A stretch of 64,000 nucleotides of DNA from Thermoproteota archaeon (GTDB lineage: Archaea; Thermoproteota; Thermoprotei_A; Sulfolobales; Ignisphaeraceae), in contig JAUQPB010000001.1 of the NCBI GenBank assembly GCA_030550585.1, forward strand, positions 288,001 to 352,000. The letters run 5' to 3'. The translations under genes were made by a program, and so were the position numbers. The notes under the pieces were generated by a model that saw only the letters and a list, made by a program, of their open reading frames with translations, did not search any database and was not told where the DNA came from. This document shows positions 59,811 to 64,000 of this stretch, piece by piece; within the stretch, counting starts at the first letter, position 1; the number at the start of each line of letters is the position of its first letter.

Positions 59811-60230
59811 TTATTGAAAACAGAGCTTGGCGGTGCCATTGTAGCACCCTACTTCAGTGTCTACATCATCTGCTATTGTATTGTATACATCTTCAGGTAG
59901 CTTTGCAACACCTATGATATTGCATAGTATCATTCCAGTTACAACAACAGGATCTGGATCAACCATTAATATCGCCTTTGGAGCCAGCCCTTTTTTGCAA
60001 AGTGAGTATAGGACATAAACCCCCACGGTGCTTCCACGAAACCTTTTTACAACCAATATGGTGCTAGCAAGGCTCTTTCCTTTTGCTTTCAAATCTTGTG
60101 CTATTATCTTGCCACTTTCTCTATCAACATCTCCTAGAAATGATAGTGTATCTAGTTTGATTGTCTTACCAAATGCATTGCCCTTCCCAATAGTTATAAC
60201 ATTGCTTAGTTCTATACACCTATTATGCAT
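59811..60230 (-). CDS. AcnX small subunit (DUF126), phosphomevalonate dehydratase
   Basis: LSFLGDVD..SG and RGSTVG.YVLY motifs. Confidence 0.85.
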   Translation of the reverse strand: MHNRCIELSNVITIGKGNAFGKTIKLDTLSFLGDVDRESGKIIAQDLKAKGKSLASTILVVKRFRGSTVGVYVLYSLCKKGLAPKAILMVDPDPVVVTGMILCNIIGVAKLPEDVYNTIADDVDTEVGCYNGTAKLCFQ

Positions 60231-61405
60231 GGCTTTGCACCTGATAAGTTGTACAGATAGTGTATTGCTTTGCCATGGGGCGTATAAACCGATGTCATAT
60301 TTAATAGCCTCAGGTTTGAGACGATGGCACAGCTACCAGGCATAATCTCTACATTTATTTTGTGACGCTCTCTAATCTTGTTGATTATGTTGCTGATTTC
60401 GGCGCTCCTTATATTGAGGTTTGCTCCTACAGTCACAATTATCTTGCTTATTCCATGCTTTTTAAAGATGTTTATATATTCATCTCTAAGTAGCATCAGC
60501 ATCTCCTCTTGGGTGAGATGAGGACATCCGAGAAGCAGTACATCGCTTTTACACAACATGTTGTCAATGCTTTGGTAAAGCTCTTTCTCATCTATATGAA
60601 TTCTTTCAATACTAGAATCAATGACATAAGTATTTGGGGGTGTTATACCATCTAGTATAGCCATTGAAGCTGATGAAGTTGATGCAATTGATGCAAGCAT
60701 ATTTTTTAGAAGCAGATTGAGCATAGCCTCTTTTTCTATAGAGTATTTCGCTTTTATGTATGGAACACCTCTTGTTAATCTCCCAATGTGAAGGCCTAGA
60801 AGGCTTGCAAGGAGAATTGAATTAATGTTGAATTCGATGTTGATCTCTTCTGACGCAGTTCTATTTTCAATTCGATGCATGCCAGAGTCATATGTTTTGC
60901 CTATTAAAGCCGCCATCAGAGCTGTTATACCACTTTCTCTATTTGTGAATGCACCTAAAACGGAGTTGGCATATATTACAGCGCTTGATTCAGCCCAAGC
61001 AAGATGTTCTCCTATAGCTGGTTTTCTAAGTGTGTATGGTATGCATGTAAAGCTATTTGGATCAACCCCCATTTTTATAAGTGCTTCTGTTATTTGTATT
61101 TGCTTTCTATTCAACTCTTCATTATTATATAGAGATAGCCCGGCAAATGAGTAGGGATTGGCAGTTGTATATACCCTAGTTTTAGCGCCTTTTTGACTCA
61201 AATCCACTAGAAGCTCCAGACCTTCATCCCCTATATTAAAGTATGAAACGCCTGAGATGTGGGCATGTGCAATGTCTATTAGTCTTTCTGCTCCAAAAAC
61301 TTCACCAACTTTGACTATGATTTCTATAGCCTTCTTAGTTACTTCCCCAAATTCCCCGCTAAGCATCTTCTCCTCAATTCTATTCAAATACATTTCTGCC
61401 TTCAC
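60212..61405 (-). CDS. AcnX large subunit (DUF521), phosphomevalonate dehydratase
   Basis: AHISGVSY.NIG, TCIPY, WAESSA..YANSVLGA.TNRE, GCPH and SC motifs. Confidence 0.88.
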   Translation of the reverse strand: MKAEMYLNRIEEKMLSGEFGEVTKKAIEIIVKVGEVFGAERLIDIAHAHISGVSYFNIGDEGLELLVDLSQKGAKTRVYTTANPYSFAGLSLYNNEELNRKQIQITEALIKMGVDPNSFTCIPYTLRKPAIGEHLAWAESSAVIYANSVLGAFTNRESGITALMAALIGKTYDSGMHRIENRTASEEINIEFNINSILLASLLGLHIGRLTRGVPYIKAKYSIEKEAMLNLLLKNMLASIASTSSASMAILDGITPPNTYVIDSSIERIHIDEKELYQSIDNMLCKSDVLLLGCPHLTQEEMLMLLRDEYINIFKKHGISKIIVTVGANLNIRSAEISNIINKIRERHKINVEIMPGSCAIVSNLRLLNMTSVYTPHGKAIHYLYNLSGAKPCIIGV

Positions 61406-62703
61406 TCAATTTTTACATATTCAAAAAGTTTCTTATTTGCCGACACAGGTAATGTAAGGTCTAGACCAAGCTTGTCGCATATACCGTCTGGGGAAGACGG
61501 ATCTAATGTAGAGCACCTGCTTTTCTCGACAATTACTATGCTTTCTTTTCCTCTAAACCTTGTTGCCAAAGCCCATACAAGCTTGTCGAGAGAATCCACA
61601 TCCACATCATTATCTACAGCTATTGCCATCTTGGCGCTTGGATGGCCCGAAAAAGCGGCTAGGATAGCGTTTTTAGCATCTCCATCGGTGTTCTTAGCTA
61701 TGGACAGCACTATTATAAGCCATGAGCCAGCCGACTCTAGCAACCTCACTCTATACACTCTGGGAACAACATTGCTTACAGTTTGCCATATCATAGCCTC
61801 TCTATGGAAACTCTGCAACAGTTTGTGCTCCTTACCAGCAGGTAGTATCACATGGAAATACTCTTCAAGATTAACATACATGCCATCAATTGTTATCAAC
61901 GGTTCTTTTCTTCTAGCGTCATACAGATTCAAAAGATCGACAAATGGCCCTTCCTCAACAAACTGTGTTATCGATGCCCTTCCTTCTAGAACTAGAGCGG
62001 CTGAAGCAGGTACTGGAATTCCATACTTGGGTGTGTATACTATTGAAAAATCGCTTAAAATATTGGGGACTAGATCCAGCTCAAAAACCCCGAAAGGTGG
62101 GGAAGATGCGGCCATCAATTCAACAGCTGGATGCGCGCCAACAACAATGGCTACAGGCATTTCTTTTCCGCTTCTCCTATATTGATCATATATGTATCTT
62201 AGATGGCGGGGAACAATTCTAGCGACTACACTATTCTTTGTTACCAGCATTGTTCTGTGGATAGAGGCGTTACAGATGTTGTCTAGGCAGGCTATGTATA
62301 TTGCTGATGATAGGTATCTACCGCCATCTCCGGGATAAAACTTTATAAATGGTATCGAGGTTAAATCAACCTCTTTCACTGTTGAGTAATAGTTGTGGAA
62401 GTCCTTCTCCAAGGGTTTCACAGGTTTTGATAAAACCTCAACAAGTTTCTTGTAAGCAGCCTCATCATTTTCAACATTTAGAACCTTTCTATATAGCCTT
62501 GCCCTGCTGTTCAGTACATTGCCAACACATATATATTTAGATGACCTCACCTTGAATAGCACCACTTTTTCAGAAGGGTCCAAACGAGCAAGAAGCTTTG
62601 TAGGCTCTAACTCAAAGTCTATCTCTTTAGATGTGTGATCCTCTAACTCACTCTCATCAAGTCCTTTTATGAACGATCTCAACGACATTATTTCATGCCT
62701 CAA
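61402..62703 (-). CDS. UbiD-family decarboxylase (probable anhydromevalonate phosphate decarboxylase)
   Basis: DGGRY, NASIHR, EGPF and WALATR motifs; operon with AcnX. Confidence 0.87.
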   Translation of the reverse strand: MRHEIMSLRSFIKGLDESELEDHTSKEIDFELEPTKLLARLDPSEKVVLFKVRSSKYICVGNVLNSRARLYRKVLNVENDEAAYKKLVEVLSKPVKPLEKDFHNYYSTVKEVDLTSIPFIKFYPGDGGRYLSSAIYIACLDNICNASIHRTMLVTKNSVVARIVPRHLRYIYDQYRRSGKEMPVAIVVGAHPAVELMAASSPPFGVFELDLVPNILSDFSIVYTPKYGIPVPASAALVLEGRASITQFVEEGPFVDLLNLYDARRKEPLITIDGMYVNLEEYFHVILPAGKEHKLLQSFHREAMIWQTVSNVVPRVYRVRLLESAGSWLIIVLSIAKNTDGDAKNAILAAFSGHPSAKMAIAVDNDVDVDSLDKLVWALATRFRGKESIVIVEKSRCSTLDPSSPDGICDKLGLDLTLPVSANKKLFEYVKIE

Positions 62704-62840
62704 ATAAACTCTGAACGGGTTTATAGTTATAGGTATTAATGAAGAGGCTTAAGTGTATTGATATTCATAATACCATATTTTGGGCAATGATTTTCTGAAA
62801 CTGTTAACGGATTGAAAATATGCTGATACGAACTGGGTGA

Positions 62841-64000
62841 TCATATAACACATTTGACTATCTTTCCTTTGTCTGCAAACTCCTCGTTTAGCATAATCCT
62901 CCCTATAACAACTCCTCTAACATCCCCATCATACTCTGTTAGAATACAAAACTCTTTTTTGACGAGATCAACCGAATCTATTACCCCCATGCCCACCTCT
63001 TCCATCTTTTCATTTAGAAGCGCTACCAATGCTCCTCTCGCAAAAGATGGTTTAATTACGTAGATATTTTCATGACCCAATTGTAGGGAGTCTATTTTTG
63101 TATCGCTTTGCAATGCTAGGACAAGCACATCCTCGTACTTACTTGCCATGACGATGTCGATACCAAGCCTGCTTTTCAGCGCCTCAATCCCTTCCTGATA
63201 TGGGGGCCCATTAAATAGACAAGAGTCTAGAACGGCTATGTCATTAATATTAAAGCATCTCTTCTTTGCATTTCGAAGATACTGAGCATAGTTTACCTTC
63301 CTTAGTTGTCTTCTATCATCTCTACTCCTGCTCTTTACCACAGCTGGAGATGGAATGCAGTAGACCTTTGTCGCTGAGAACTTTGAAAATGTATCTGCAA
63401 AGGGTTTACAGAAAGAGTTGCCACCCATTATAGCTATTGATGCAGGTTTCACGCTCTTTATTAGCTGGATTTTAAACTGTATTGATGCCAAATCGCCAAA
63501 CCAGCCATCGGTGTTTACAATTATCAAATTTGCTCCCCTCTCCTCAGCAATGTTTATCAATTCAACTATAGATGCCATGATCCTTGCAATTGCTATGCCT
63601 GGAGACGGTGTTATAAACCCTATGAAGCGTTTTACATCGCCTGTTACTTCTCTTAGCCAAAGTACCTTTCTATCCATAATTTTCATTGCTATAAATCCTG
63701 GAGGAGCCAAGTCACATTGTCCGATATCAGCATCTATTATCGCGCTTTTCAATCCGTGCTCTATTCCCAGATTAGATAAGAGTGTGGCAAATGATGTTTT
63801 GCCGCTTTCGACAGGCCCTAAAACAACTACTCTCCCACCTCTATCAACAATTTCCTTGCCTATAGCCTCCCACACATCAATTGGTTCTTCGCCAGGTAGT
63901 GGCTCCTCTATACCACCACCTTCTCCAATAAATATGCTTAGATTAGCAACATCAATTGCTTTGATTCCATAGCTTCTATATCTGCTTATCCAAATTTCTT
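62841..64000 (-). CDS. Clp1/Grc3-family polynucleotide 5'-kinase (N-terminus beyond window)
   Basis: GPVESGKTS, DADIGQ, NTDGW and RSRDDRR motifs; frame stays open to the window end. Confidence 0.88.
   Translation of the reverse strand, partial: EIWISRYRSYGIKAIDVANLSIFIGEGGGIEEPLPGEEPIDVWEAIGKEIVDRGGRVVVLGPVESGKTSFATLLSNLGIEHGLKSAIIDADIGQCDLAPPGFIAMKIMDRKVLWLREVTGDVKRFIGFITPSPGIAIARIMASIVELINIAEERGANLIIVNTDGWFGDLASIQFKIQLIKSVKPASIAIMGGNSFCKPFADTFSKFSATKVYCIPSPAVVKSRSRDDRRQLRKVNYAQYLRNAKKRCFNINDIAVLDSCLFNGPPYQEGIEALKSRLGIDIVMASKYEDVLVLALQSDTKIDSLQLGHENIYVIKPSFARGALVALLNEKMEEVGMGVIDSVDLVKKEFCILTEYDGDVRGVVIGRIMLNEEFADKGKIVKCVI

Noticed and set aside
61472-62185. 237-aa plus-strand ORF and the many other antisense ORFs in the track
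   Set aside because: They lie wholly opposite well-supported genes, have Ser/Thr/Ile-rich shadow composition and show no motifs
62738-62840. Degenerate C/D-like boxes between ubiD and clp1
   Set aside because: No consistent canonical C/D pair
1-64000. CRISPR array, rRNA, inteins or an integrated virus at the tRNA genes
   Set aside because: No repeat-spacer pattern, long GC-rich RNA gene, intein-sized insertion, integrase or duplicated tRNA 3' end was seen by eye

Overview
AT-rich archaeal chromosomal window, most consistent with a Desulfurococcales-type (Ignisphaera-like) crenarchaeon; this is inferred from gene content, intron-containing tRNA and C/D sRNAs. It is mostly housekeeping: ilvB/leuA/leuB, a complete hisCGABFDEHI operon, two SF2 helicases, fprA, ileS, a methanogen-type SerRS, hypA-mrp-hycI, moeB/moeA, a proteasome beta subunit, EndoV/EndoIII, the AcnX/UbiD modified mevalonate genes and Clp1. 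RNA genes are tRNA-Asp(GTC), a tRNA-Pro(CGG) with two BHB introns that appear to splice in order, and several C/D-box guide RNAs missing from the ORF track. The most notable element is a ~1.53 kb TnpA-less, IS607-like TnpB element that splits a class I aldolase gene. It carries a small AbrB-like ORF head-to-head with tnpB across a nearly symmetric bidirectional promoter, and its predicted omega-RNA guide targets the intact aldolase allele. Also notable are an uncharacterised OPT + FtsX/MacB-type ABC operon and a PHD-like zinc-finger protein.
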